NCBI RefSeq assembly: GCF_964204645.1 | Contig: NC_134028.1 | Coordinates: 14,391,653 to 14,455,652, forward strand | DNA: 64,000 bases | Reading direction: 5' to 3' | DNA from: Tubulanus polymorphus | Taxonomy: Eukaryota > Animalia > Nemertea | Shown: in pieces, positions 23,363 through 34,200 of the stretch | Position numbering within the stretch: the stretch's first letter is position 1 | Layout: the number at the start of each line of letters is the position of its first letter | Position numbers and translations under genes: made by a program | Notes under the pieces: generated by a model | The model's input: only the letters and a program-made list of their open reading frames with translations | Databases searched by the model: none | What the model was told of the DNA's origin: nothing

Positions 23363-24502
23363 TTATTCTAATTTTGTTTCTAATACATTTATAAAATCAT
23401 CTTCTTTTATATCAAATTCTCCATAAGTCTTTGGTATATTTATTGAGTTTAGTCGAGCCATCATTAATCTATAATCAGTAGGCATATTAATTTTTTCTTT
23501 TATTTTTTCAAAGTTTTCATCAAAAACATAATAATAAAAATCAATATCATATCCAAAATTAATTATCAAATAGGTTGAATCTTTTCTTCTCAAATATAAT
23601 AATTTATACATTTGTTCAAGATTATCGTTTGCATAATCTAAAAATTTACGTAATAACAAACTATAGAATATTTCATATTGGTTAATATTATAATCAAAAT
23701 ATTTGATATATTCTAAAGGGTTATTTAACAATGGTAACATACCCACTTTTTTGTAAACATTAATTAGATGTAATTTTGATTTATAATGAGTAATTTTATC
23801 AACAGGTTCAATTTCTTTATTACAATAATCACATATTAATTCTTTTTCATTTTCTATGTGCCACTTAGATTTTTTATGTTTAGAAAAATTACTTTTAGAA
23901 ATATCTAAATTACAAATGTTACAATGTTTTTTAGAATCATCAATTATTTCATTATCTGTTATATCATTATCATTAGTTTCAATAAGGTTAACATTATTTA
24001 TTACATTATCTGTTATATTATCTATGGTATCATTAGTTTCAATTGGGTTAACATTATCTTTTATATTACTAACTGATATATTATTATCATTATTATTCTT
24101 TTCTTTTTCTATATGTTTCTTTGATTTCTTATGTGATGCCCAATTTTTATATGATATATATTTCTTACATACATCACAATATTTTTGATTATAATCTTTT
24201 TTTGATTCAATATCATATATAGAGGGTATATTATAAGATGTAGATGCTGTTACATCTTCTATTTTAGTTTCAATATTATTACTATCTTCTATTTTATATT
24301 CAATATCATTCTTATCTTCTATTTTAGGTTCAATATTATTTTCTTCTTTTGTTTCAATATTCTTATCTATTTTACTTATTCTATATTTGAATTGATTAAA
24401 GTAATCTCCAAAATATTTAATGTATTCATCATAAGGTTATATATAATATATATCTGATATCATTTCACTTGGAGTTTGTATTTCATATATTCCACCTTCC
24501 AT
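23363..24502 (-). pseudogene. Multi-zinc-finger protein (frameshift near start)
   Basis: MEGGIY start at 24502; YCDVC..H..SKKH, HCNIC..H..SKWH, ICDYC..H..SKLH; runs into 23363..23746; partial homologue 55460..56329. Confidence 0.7.
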
Positions 24503-24534
24503 TTATATAATAAATTTTTATTAAAGTTAAAATT

Positions 24535-25773
24535 TTAATACATAACACTATCTAATTGTGAATTTACAATATTTAATTGCGCGTCAGATATAATATAAAT
24601 ATGCATTTTAAAATTTTTGATTCCTTTATTCTTTTTCATGAATAATTGTATTCCATCTTTTGTATTTTGTAGTTTTTTCCCAGAACCATGTAATGAATTA
24701 TCTTCAGTTGTTCTAAAATCTAACCATAATGCATATTTATTACCGGTATAATAATCAATTTGATTAATGTTACAATTTTCAGATGATTTTATTTTTTCAT
24801 TCATAAAATGTTTTTTAATTTCTACCCATTGATCTATCATTCTCATTCCTTGACAGAATATTTTATTCGCTATACCTTCGATAGTTATTTCTACTTTTGT
24901 TATTTCAGGATTATAATAATTGTCAACATTTATTGCGCCATTAGTATACGTTCCAATGGTAAAAAATATTAATATACCTTTAATAGATCTTCTAGGAAAG
25001 TTAATATTCTCATTAATAATTTCATCATTTGCATTAATAGTTACAGTTTTAAATTTATCAATATAATCATATAATAATGAAAATCCTTGAGTTTGAATTA
25101 TACTTGAAATATTTTCATCAGTTACTGTATCATATTCTAAACATATATTCGATAATTTATAACTCATATCTTTATTAACGCTAGATAATACAATTTCATT
25201 TACAGGAGCAAATGTTATCTCAAATATAATATCTTCTTGAATTGCGTATTTATATAAAGGTGCATTATTATTTATCAATTCAAAGTCTAATGGAATTTTA
25301 TATTTGCTTCCATATATACTTTTTATCAATTTATCTACATCATTTGTTAATATTGCGCTATTAGCTTCTGATCTTAATTTATTTTGGTTTTCTGATTGAA
25401 TTCCTTGAAATATCATATTATTTCTATTTTCTTTAGTTAACCATAAATCTTTATAATGTGAAAATAAATTATAATCATCTAATGAGAAAACTGTTTCTGG
25501 ACCAATCTTTATTGTTAACTTTTTAATCAAATATCTTCCAACATTATCAACGACATAATTATTATTATTACCGATTACTTTTATATCAACCGATAAATAA
25601 ATACTATTTGGAACGTAAAAAGTATTTTGTGTTAATCTCGGAATTCTAACATATAAAGTTTCATCGGGATTAATATTTGAAGGGTTATGAGTAATTATAT
25701 GATGTGATCTTTCTGCTTTAATAGCATTAGATATTCTATGATTCTTAGAAGGACTTATATAACTCCCACTCAT
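24535..25773 (-). CDS. Major capsid protein (double jelly-roll/hexon-like)
   Basis: 412 aa, beta-rich, motifs typical of this Maverick group (NPSNI.P.ETL.V.IP, INFPRRSIKGIL, ALWLDFRT..D..LHGSG); expected position. Confidence 0.82.
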   Translation of the reverse strand: MSGSYISPSKNHRISNAIKAERSHHIITHNPSNINPDETLYVRIPRLTQNTFYVPNSIYLSVDIKVIGNNNNYVVDNVGRYLIKKLTIKIGPETVFSLDDYNLFSHYKDLWLTKENRNNMIFQGIQSENQNKLRSEANSAILTNDVDKLIKSIYGSKYKIPLDFELINNNAPLYKYAIQEDIIFEITFAPVNEIVLSSVNKDMSYKLSNICLEYDTVTDENISSIIQTQGFSLLYDYIDKFKTVTINANDEIINENINFPRRSIKGILIFFTIGTYTNGAINVDNYYNPEITKVEITIEGIANKIFCQGMRMIDQWVEIKKHFMNEKIKSSENCNINQIDYYTGNKYALWLDFRTTEDNSLHGSGKKLQNTKDGIQLFMKKNKGIKNFKMHIYIISDAQLNIVNSQLDSVMY

Positions 25774-25798
25774 TTATTTAACAAAAAAAATTAATTAT

Positions 25799-27283
25799 TT
25801 ATTTTTTATTATTTTTTTCTTGATATCTTTTTGATATCATATTTACTAAACCAAAAATAATAGCACTTACAACTGTGATTAAAAATAAAATAATATGTTC
25901 AGCAGCAAAGTTAATAATGTTTCCTGCAGATTTCAATATAAAACCAACAATTGAAGCAATAACTCCTGGCAATGCTGCAGCAGATTTTTTAGATAGTTCC
26001 CATAAATATTTTGCTAATTTCTTTAAACCATCTTTAACTTTATCTTGTATAGAATTATTGCCTGGAGGTTTATCTGGTTTATTTGGAGTAGGAGTAGATT
26101 TTAAAGCATTTGATATTGCTAAACCAATTGTTGTAAATACCATAGTTACAGCTGTTAGAATTGAAAGAATTGTTATTCCTTCAAACTTAAATAATAATTT
26201 TATTCTATCTTTTAGTGATATGTCAGAATTTGGTTTTAGTATTAACTCTTTAACAACAACTTTTAATCTATTGATACAATAATCGTATGATTTTAATAAT
26301 AATTTCATTTTTTCTTTCTGAAATTCTATGTTATATTCTAAATCATCAATTTCTTTTTCTAAATATGCATTTCTTTTTTTAAATTCAATTTCTTCAATAA
26401 CTTTAAATTCTCTATCTAATTTTAATTGTTCTAATTCTTTTCTGGTGTCAAATAATTTATTTTCTAAAGGTTTAATTTTATCATATCTAATATGTTTTTC
26501 GCGCGCAATTTTATCAGCTTCATTTCGTATACTTATTATTTCTCTAATTGTTTTTTTAGAAAACATACTTAAAGCTTCTATTTCTTGATCTGTTGCATCA
26601 AGTAATCCATTCGGTAAAAGTTTTTCAGTTTGAACTTCAGTGTTTGATTTAAGTTTACTAGTTTTGGAAGTTATATTCTGTTCAGAAGTTGTTTCTGTTT
26701 CTAAATTATTATCGATTGTTTCAAATAATTCATTAATTCTTTGTTTGAATTCTTTTCTATTATTATCTCTTTCTTCTTGTGTAACATCAGTTATTTCATT
26801 ACTAATACTTATTCTCTTAATTCTATCTGGTTCTAACTTAAGCAAAGTTGATTCTGCTAATATTATATTTTGAGTTTTATAAGAGATGTTAATATAATAA
26901 TCATCTTTCAAATGATAATAATATTCACCATCTAAAGATTTTAATTCTTGTACTAAATGTCTGGCGCCTCTGTAATTTATATTATATCCAGATTTTTTAA
27001 ATACATCTTGAAACTTATATATAAATCCAATATTTTCTAAATCTTCCTTTTTTAAACCTTGATTTTCATTTTCAGGATTTATTCTCGATCTAGTTCTTCT
27101 ATCAAATTCATCTGTTGATGGGGCTTTAGAACCACTATCTGCTAAATTAGAATTATATGCTGATTCATCATCATTATCAATATTAGTTTCATTAAAATTA
27201 GGTTGTGGTTCATTATCAATATATCCTTCATTATTATTTCCCATTTCTCCCATTTCATAATCTTCTCCACCTTCTACATCCAT
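25799..27283 (-). CDS. Coiled-coil protein with C-terminal hydrophobic/amphipathic helices (candidate membrane-active protein)
   Basis: 494 aa; acidic N-terminus, heptad-rich middle, GITILSILTAV.. and ALPGVIASIVGFIL.. segments. Confidence 0.75.
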   Translation of the reverse strand: MDVEGGEDYEMGEMGNNNEGYIDNEPQPNFNETNIDNDDESAYNSNLADSGSKAPSTDEFDRRTRSRINPENENQGLKKEDLENIGFIYKFQDVFKKSGYNINYRGARHLVQELKSLDGEYYYHLKDDYYINISYKTQNIILAESTLLKLEPDRIKRISISNEITDVTQEERDNNRKEFKQRINELFETIDNNLETETTSEQNITSKTSKLKSNTEVQTEKLLPNGLLDATDQEIEALSMFSKKTIREIISIRNEADKIAREKHIRYDKIKPLENKLFDTRKELEQLKLDREFKVIEEIEFKKRNAYLEKEIDDLEYNIEFQKEKMKLLLKSYDYCINRLKVVVKELILKPNSDISLKDRIKLLFKFEGITILSILTAVTMVFTTIGLAISNALKSTPTPNKPDKPPGNNSIQDKVKDGLKKLAKYLWELSKKSAAALPGVIASIVGFILKSAGNIINFAAEHIILFLITVVSAIIFGLVNMISKRYQEKNNKK

Positions 27284-27299
27284 TTACATAATAAAAAAA

Positions 27300-28601
27300 T
27301 TAAAATTTAAAATATAATATTCCTCCGATTACAATTCCTATACAAGTTATAGCTAATTTAGTATTTTCATGGGATTTATTATCATCATTTAGTTTAATTA
27401 TATCATGTTGAATTTTATCAGTTTTTATATCTTCTGATGTATTATAATCTTTTATTTTAGAATCATTAACCAATTTAATATTCTTAGTTTTAGTTTCTGT
27501 TGATTGAATATGTTTTTTATTTTTTTCACCTTCCATTGATTTTGGAGCAGTAATAATCTTTTTATTTATATCATTTAATCCAAATGAATTATTTATTGTT
27601 GCAGTTTTAATTAGATTATTATAACCAATTATATTTCCCATCTTTAATACTAAATCATTAGAAATAATTAATAGATTAGGGCCTATACAATAATTTAGTC
27701 TTACATGAGATTTATCTAAATAATTTTGATATCTTATAATGTTTTCTGGAATCGATCTATTTTTATCATTATGAATTGAATCTTCAAATAAAACTTTAAA
27801 CTGTTTCTGCGCATCGAATGAAGTGTTATCATTTCCAATTATTGGGGATCTTGTTTCAACTTGGGCGCCTAAAATACATATCAAATAAATTCTAATAGAT
27901 TGATTTATTCTTTGTATACCTGATTTTGTAAAACCTTCACCATTTTCTAAAATGAAATTAACCCAACCATTATTATTATCAATTTTATAATTATGATAAG
28001 CTCCAATTCTATGCATATAATCAATTCTTTTTATTTCATACTGTTCACCAACACCTTGCAATTTACCATGCGCTCTGAAATCGGAATTAATATTTATATT
28101 AAATTCATTACATATTTTATAAAACTTGGATATATTAATATTATTATCCAATTCTTTAAAATATTTAGACCCGGGTAAAGGACATTCTAATTCATTTAAT
28201 ATTATTCTGATTTGAAAATATGTGTGAAATCTAAATATTGTGTGAATTAATTTTAAATCAGAATACTTCAAATTTTTATCTAAGTTGTTTAAATTATCAT
28301 TCCAACTTATTCCACATCCTGTTGTTGCACAATAAACAGCAAAATTTAATTGATTCTGCCAATATTTCATATTAGATTTTACTTTATATATATGATATTC
28401 ATCTCGAGTAAAAGTAACTTCATATGTATTAAATATATTTTCCATTTTAGAAATAAAAAACTGTGATTCATTAACATAAATTTCTAAATTAGTTAATGAA
28501 TTTAAAACTACATTTTTATATGTAATATTTTTCTTAAAATCTATTGCTGGAATATTATATTTAATTGATTTATTATATTGGAAAGCTTTTGGAAACCCCA
28601 T
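27300..28601 (-). CDS. Conserved Maverick protein with C-terminal TM anchor (433 aa)
   Basis: YWQNQLNF.VYCATTGCGISW conserved with 59346..60605. Confidence 0.8.
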   Translation of the reverse strand: MGFPKAFQYNKSIKYNIPAIDFKKNITYKNVVLNSLTNLEIYVNESQFFISKMENIFNTYEVTFTRDEYHIYKVKSNMKYWQNQLNFAVYCATTGCGISWNDNLNNLDKNLKYSDLKLIHTIFRFHTYFQIRIILNELECPLPGSKYFKELDNNINISKFYKICNEFNININSDFRAHGKLQGVGEQYEIKRIDYMHRIGAYHNYKIDNNNGWVNFILENGEGFTKSGIQRINQSIRIYLICILGAQVETRSPIIGNDNTSFDAQKQFKVLFEDSIHNDKNRSIPENIIRYQNYLDKSHVRLNYCIGPNLLIISNDLVLKMGNIIGYNNLIKTATINNSFGLNDINKKIITAPKSMEGEKNKKHIQSTETKTKNIKLVNDSKIKDYNTSEDIKTDKIQHDIIKLNDDNKSHENTKLAITCIGIVIGGILYFKF

Positions 28602-28617
28602 TTATATAACTAAAAAA

Positions 28618-29052
28618 TTAATAATTAACTAATTCTTTTAATAATTTATCTTGTTCTTCAACTGTTATATGGCCATTTAAACTTATTATATAATCTAGTG
28701 TGTTCTTTAATTTATTAATTTCTTTTATATTAGTTTTAATTTTTTCTTTATTACTTTTTATATTTAATTTTGAACTTATACCAGTTAAAACACTTGAACT
28801 TAATCCTAACACACCAATTGATATAGCTAAAGGTGTTAATGGACTGAATATTGCTAAAAATGTTATTACAGAACTAATTGTAACCGAACCACTTATAATC
28901 AAATAATATATAATTTTACTTTTTAAATATTTTTTCTTTTTTATCTTTAAGTCACTTTCAAATTCTAATATTTGTTTTTCTAAATATGTTTTTAATTTAG
29001 TTTTATTTATATCATGAGGAATAATATCAATACTATCAACTTTATCTTCCAT
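28618..29052 (-). CDS. Two-TM Maverick protein (144 aa)
   Basis: Hydrophobic hairpin flanked by helices; near-identical to 60622..61056. Confidence 0.8.
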   Translation of the reverse strand: MEDKVDSIDIIPHDINKTKLKTYLEKQILEFESDLKIKKKKYLKSKIIYYLIISGSVTISSVITFLAIFSPLTPLAISIGVLGLSSSVLTGISSKLNIKSNKEKIKTNIKEINKLKNTLDYIISLNGHITVEEQDKLLKELVNY

Positions 29053-29071
29053 TTATTTAGAAAAAAAATTA

Positions 29072-29494
29072 CTAATTAGTAAATTTATAAGCAACAAATA
29101 TAACAATAACTGTTCCACCTAAAATCCATATTATTTCATATTTCTGTTGTTCTTTACTTGGGGTATAATAATCTGATAATTTAGGTTTGTATAGATGTAA
29201 TTTTTCTTTATTTGTTACTGCGTTATATAAACTCATTGCATCATCAACTGATTGAAAATCTCTGTGTGAAATCTTCTGATCATATAATTCTTTATTGATG
29301 TAATCCATATAGTTTTGTCTCTTTTCTCTATATTCTTCTGTAGCTTTATTGTATTTCTCTAACGCTAAGTTATGTCTTCTTTGTTCTCCTAATGAACTAT
29401 TTTTATCAATATGTTTAAATAAATAACCACCACCAGTAAATGCTAAAGCGTTAACAATTGCCGATCCTATAATAGTTATAATTGCAGAAGCCAT
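29072..29494 (-). CDS. Small Maverick protein with hydrophobic N- and C-termini (140 aa)
   Basis: Homologue 61076-61499. Confidence 0.8.
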   Translation of the reverse strand: MASAIITIIGSAIVNALAFTGGGYLFKHIDKNSSLGEQRRHNLALEKYNKATEEYREKRQNYMDYINKELYDQKISHRDFQSVDDAMSLYNAVTNKEKLHLYKPKLSDYYTPSKEQQKYEIIWILGGTVIVIFVAYKFTN

Positions 29495-29518
29495 TTATTT
29501 AGCAAAAAAATTATGCAT

Positions 29519-29740
29519 TTATATGGGAGGAATATATTTTTGTTTTTCCAAATAATCAATAGTTAAATTAGATAAAGTAACTGCTAATGTTAACTTTAAA
29601 ATATCATTTATATCAAATCTATCAACATTAACACTTCCCATTTTGAATACTTGTTTTAATACCATTGAATAACCAACAGTTCCAACTGATAGTAATGCGC
29701 CATTATATAATCCAGTTATTATCCACTTATTATCACTCAT
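29519..29740 (-). CDS. Small hydrophobic Maverick protein (73 aa)
   Basis: Near-identical to 61524..61745; ATAAATG start. Confidence 0.75.
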   Translation of the reverse strand: MSDNKWIITGLYNGALLSVGTVGYSMVLKQVFKMGSVNVDRFDINDILKLTLAVTLSNLTIDYLEKQKYIPPI

Positions 29741-29747
29741 TTATTAA

Positions 29748-30098
29748 TCAAAAAAAATTACTATCTTCAAAATATTTAGTTAACTTATTTATGATTAATT
29801 CAACATTTATTATATTACTAGTTTCATTTGTATATATTTCAATTATTATGTTTTTGATATCATCTATGATAAAATCTTCATCTAATTCATAAAATCTTAA
29901 AGATTCTCTAAATAAATTAGTAATTTTTTCTACATTTAAAGTTTCTTTATCTATTGTTGTTTCATACTCAAATGTTGTTTCATTAGAAAATGCAATATTT
30001 TTGATATGTGTTATTACATCATTAATGTTAAATTTCATTTCTTTCTCACGTTTAAAATCAAATCCAAAACATATACTCGGTCCAACAGTTATATTCAT
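29748..30098 (-). CDS. Maverick protein of unknown function (116 aa)
   Basis: Homologues at 61746..62087 and ~2456-2586. Confidence 0.75.
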   Translation of the reverse strand: MNITVGPSICFGFDFKREKEMKFNINDVITHIKNIAFSNETTFEYETTIDKETLNVEKITNLFRESLRFYELDEDFIIDDIKNIIIEIYTNETSNIINVELIINKLTKYFEDSNFF

Positions 30099-30114
30099 TT
30101 ATATAGGTGAAAAA

Positions 30115-30869
30115 TTACTCTTTACATCTTATAACTAATCCATAAATTACAGGAAAGTTATTCAAATCAATTAAGTATCCATTATGATTTCTTATTTCTA
30201 ATTTAAAATTATTAAATTGAGGAATACAAGGTTTGAAATCACATTCAGCTAAATTATAATTTATTTGCGTTCCAAATTGTTTAACATTTTTTAATGGTAA
30301 AATATTTAATATACTAGAATTACATGTTGTATCTTTAGTTGCTTCAAATGTTTTTGTAGGCTCGATTAAATTACAATAAATATAAAAGTGTGTAAAAGGT
30401 ATTATATTTGTATAAGTATCAATATTTGAATAATGTCTATCCGGAAGAATTCCAAACAGTTTAGCTAAAGGTTTTCTTACTAGAAATCTATGTTGTTCAT
30501 TAGTTAACTTTATTCTTATTTTATTCGAACTATCACTTTTGATGAATTTAATTTCAAATCGAGCAGCTGGGCCCATTTTTAAACGAGCTCTTTTATTAAT
30601 TTCTTGCGCTAATGTTTCTAAATCATATATTACTGGTTTTAGATAAAGATGAAACCATTTATTCAAATTTCTAACATAAATTTTAAAAGCTAAATGATTA
30701 AGACTTTTATTCGATATATTATGAAAAGAATTACATAAACTTATATTAACTAATTTTAAATCTACACAATTCTTAAATTCTCTATCTAATTGTACTAGTA
30801 AATTATGTGATTTATAATTTGTAAGTTTTCTAGAATCTATAAATATTCTGTATTCTTTTAATTCCGCAT
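30115..30869 (-). CDS. Minor capsid protein (penton); 1-nt deletion at codon 2
   Basis: N-terminal DSRK and C-terminal FYIYCNLI..ILPL..LEIRNHNGYLIDLNN pattern of Polinton-type pentons; intact homologue 62105..62863. Confidence 0.72.
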
Positions 30870-30886
30870 TTATTTTACGTATTTTC

Positions 30887-31228
30887 TTATTCGAAATCTA
30901 TTTCATGGTGCCCTTTTTCATTCTTACCTTTGTATACGAAATAGAAATCTCCAGAACATAATTCTTCTAAATCTTCACTTGATAATCTATGAAATCTATC
31001 TGGTAAATAAGTTCTGAATTTATATTTATTTCCTTTTAATCCTTCATATTCTAAATGAATTACTAATTTATCTCCATATTTATTAGTAATTGTTTCAATG
31101 TTAGTAATTAAATATTTCTTGTGAATTGTTAACTCAGTTAGTTTTTTAAATTTATAATCTACAGATTTGACGCTTGAAGTATCTTTAATTCTATCTAAGA
31201 ATTCACTGTGTACTTGTTTACTCTCCAT
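30887..31228 (-). CDS. 113-aa protein next to PolB (possible OB-fold DNA-binding protein)
   Basis: Conserved with 62881..63231; beta-strand pattern, KYG and YLPDRF; function inferred only. Confidence 0.7.
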   Translation of the reverse strand: MESKQVHSEFLDRIKDTSSVKSVDYKFKKLTELTIHKKYLITNIETITNKYGDKLVIHLEYEGLKGNKYKFRTYLPDRFHRLSSEDLEELCSGDFYFVYKGKNEKGHHEIDFE

Positions 31229-31256
31229 TTATTATACAAATTTTTATTGAAATTGA

Positions 31257-34200
31257 TTAACACGCTAGAATCCTTTTCATAATCTCATTTTCTTTTGTTT
31301 CTTCTCTTTTGAATTTTATATATTCATCTAAATTACAACCATAGGCGATTGTGTGGATTCCATCATCTAAAATATATCTTTTATCATCAAATGGGTTTAG
31401 ACTTATCTTCTCTATCTCTTCAATATACATTTCATGATCTTCAGATCTTAAACATTTCATTTTATGTTTTCTAACTTCTTCATTAAATATACAATTGATG
31501 TAATCTTTGAAATGAATATTCTTTTCAACAACGCTTTTGGTAATTCCTTTTAACTTTTTAGCTTCATGAGTTTTAGTTTTATAACTATACATTTTAGATC
31601 TAATACCAATGAACTCTATCATTTCTTCACCACCTAATTCATCCTTAAACTTCCCAGGAACTTTTTTATTATCATTGGTAAACAATTCATGATTTTTTGG
31701 ATAGTTACTGAAATCAAAATGATGTTTTAATGTTTTTAAATCATCTGTTATATTATTAGTTTTTATCTTTAATATGTAACTGTCAGTATCGAAGTATAAT
31801 ATTTCTATATGTTTTTCTCCAAAATGAGGTTGTAATACATTATAATAGAATTCATACATCAATAGCTTTGATAATTCTAAAACTGAAGCGCCAACATAGA
31901 TTGGTTTATTAAATTTCATTGATGTTCTTCTCATTTTAACTGCGGCTAAATTTTCATCAAATATTCTGTTACCTATAAACTTAGGATATGATTGTAAATG
32001 CCTTATCCTTTTACCATTACTAACTAACTCAATATCATTTCTATTTCTAATATTTTCACAAGTCTTACCATAGAATGCATTGTTCATTAGTTTAAAATAA
32101 TCTTTTTCAAAATCAGTTTTAGATTTAGTTCTCTGTGTAGTATTAAAATCTATATATTTTTCTAACCATTTAGATTGACTAAATGAAATATATCTATGTA
32201 CTTTTTTTAATATCATTCCTTGTCTCAAATAAAACTTCAACATTCTATAATGCACAACGTAATTATATTTATCTTCTTGAGTTACCATTAACTTTTCAGT
32301 ATGAATATGATTATCGGGTTTAATTCTTTTTTGATAATTTGATAATTCTTCATGTTTAACAGTTTTATGTTCGGGACAATATGCTAGATTTCTAGATTTG
32401 AATTTAATATTTTCAGGGTATTCTAAATCTACAACGAAGAAGTAACAAATATCTGAATCATCTGCAATATCTAGGATTCTTTTCTTCCAATCAAATTTAT
32501 CAATTTGTAAAACTTCAGTTATTTCAAACATCCCATAAGGTTGTGGTTCCATCATTGCCCAACCATAAAGATTATTTGCATCTATGTATAATAATTTATA
32601 TCCGGGGTTATCATTTACATTGAAATATCTATCACCCAATACACCTGAAACTCCTCCTCTTATAGATTTTTCAAATAATAGTAATTGAACTATATTTGTT
32701 AACAAATCCATTTTTATATCTGTAAATTTTAATCCACAATCCCATGTTAATCCTGGTGATGAATAACAATGACATGGATCAATATTAAAATATTTTAGGT
32801 TTACATCTCTAAACCTTTCGAATATATCAGTTAATAATAATACATCTGATTTTAAATATAAATCTACTAATTGCCCATGATTTTCTATTTTGAAATGATT
32901 CCAAATATTCAATGTTCTATTATAGACTTCATCTTTAACATATTCATTTTTTAATGCATCATAAAATTGTTCTTTCAATAATTCAGTTATTTTAAAATTA
33001 TTATGATTTTTATAGAAAGAATATGGAATTGCTCCTTTATATCTCATTAATTTAAAATCATCATTATTTGGGTAATATTCTTTTAATATCTTTAATTCAT
33101 CATCAACTAATGATTTTGATAAGTTATCTAATGAACTATTTAAAAATCTATATGAATCTATAAATCTTAGACAACCAAATTGGAATGATATATAATTCTC
33201 AGATGTTTTAGCTAACATTCTAAATTTATAAGTTGGTATTTTATCTTTTGATCTATTTGAATTTAATATTTCTATTTCATTATTGATTTCTTCTATTTTA
33301 TAACATAGCTGTTTGATAAATAAATGTGCATCATATCCTGATAGATTATGAAATATAACTGGTACAAAGTTAATTTTCTTAGCTTGTAAGTTACATTTCT
33401 CATGTGCAGCGCCTCTAAACTTTCCATTCAAATGATCATGGTCTCTTACTTTTTTATCTTTATAATTAAATATCTTTTCACAATAATAACATTTATCTGC
33501 AAACGCAAATTCTTCTTTATCTTCTTCTGTCATTATAATTTCTATATTTGTATTCAATAATTTACCAAATCTTATTTCATATTCAATTAATAAGTCACAA
33601 AAATGATTGATAACATTTTCATTTCTGTAATTATAATATTCACTTTCAATTAGTTCTGGATAATCAGATTTAATATATAACCCGAAAGCAGCAGCTGATT
33701 GATGAATCTTTTTAATAGTATTTGTTTTTGGTGGTTCTTCTGAATAATCACTTTCATTAGAATTTAATTTCTTTCTTTTATAATATATTTCTTTTCTATC
33801 TTTATCTGTTAATTCTTTATTTAATGATTCAAAATCTCCATATATTACAAATGGTACTTTATTTTTGTAATCATATTTTTTGAATTCTAATATTTTATCT
33901 TTTTCATTTGGTAAAACTAATTTACAATAATCATGATTATCACATACTTGTTTATGATTTAATAATGTACTTTCATTACTAAACTTATGTAAACATTTTC
34001 TACATAGATATATTTTATTATGGTGATCGCTTTCTGTTCTAAAAAATAAATCTATTTGTTTAATCCACATATAATGATTCTCATAATATAGTATATCTAT
34101 AACATCGTTTGAATCATAATCTTTTGATAGATATAAAGGTTCTAATGTATAATGTTTTATATTGTTACCTTTTGTATTTGGTAATTTGATTAAATCAAAT

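Noticed and set aside
25875-26873. Plus-strand ORFs opposite structural genes (also 57575..58819)
   Set aside because: Antisense shadows of real genes, lacking the family start motif.
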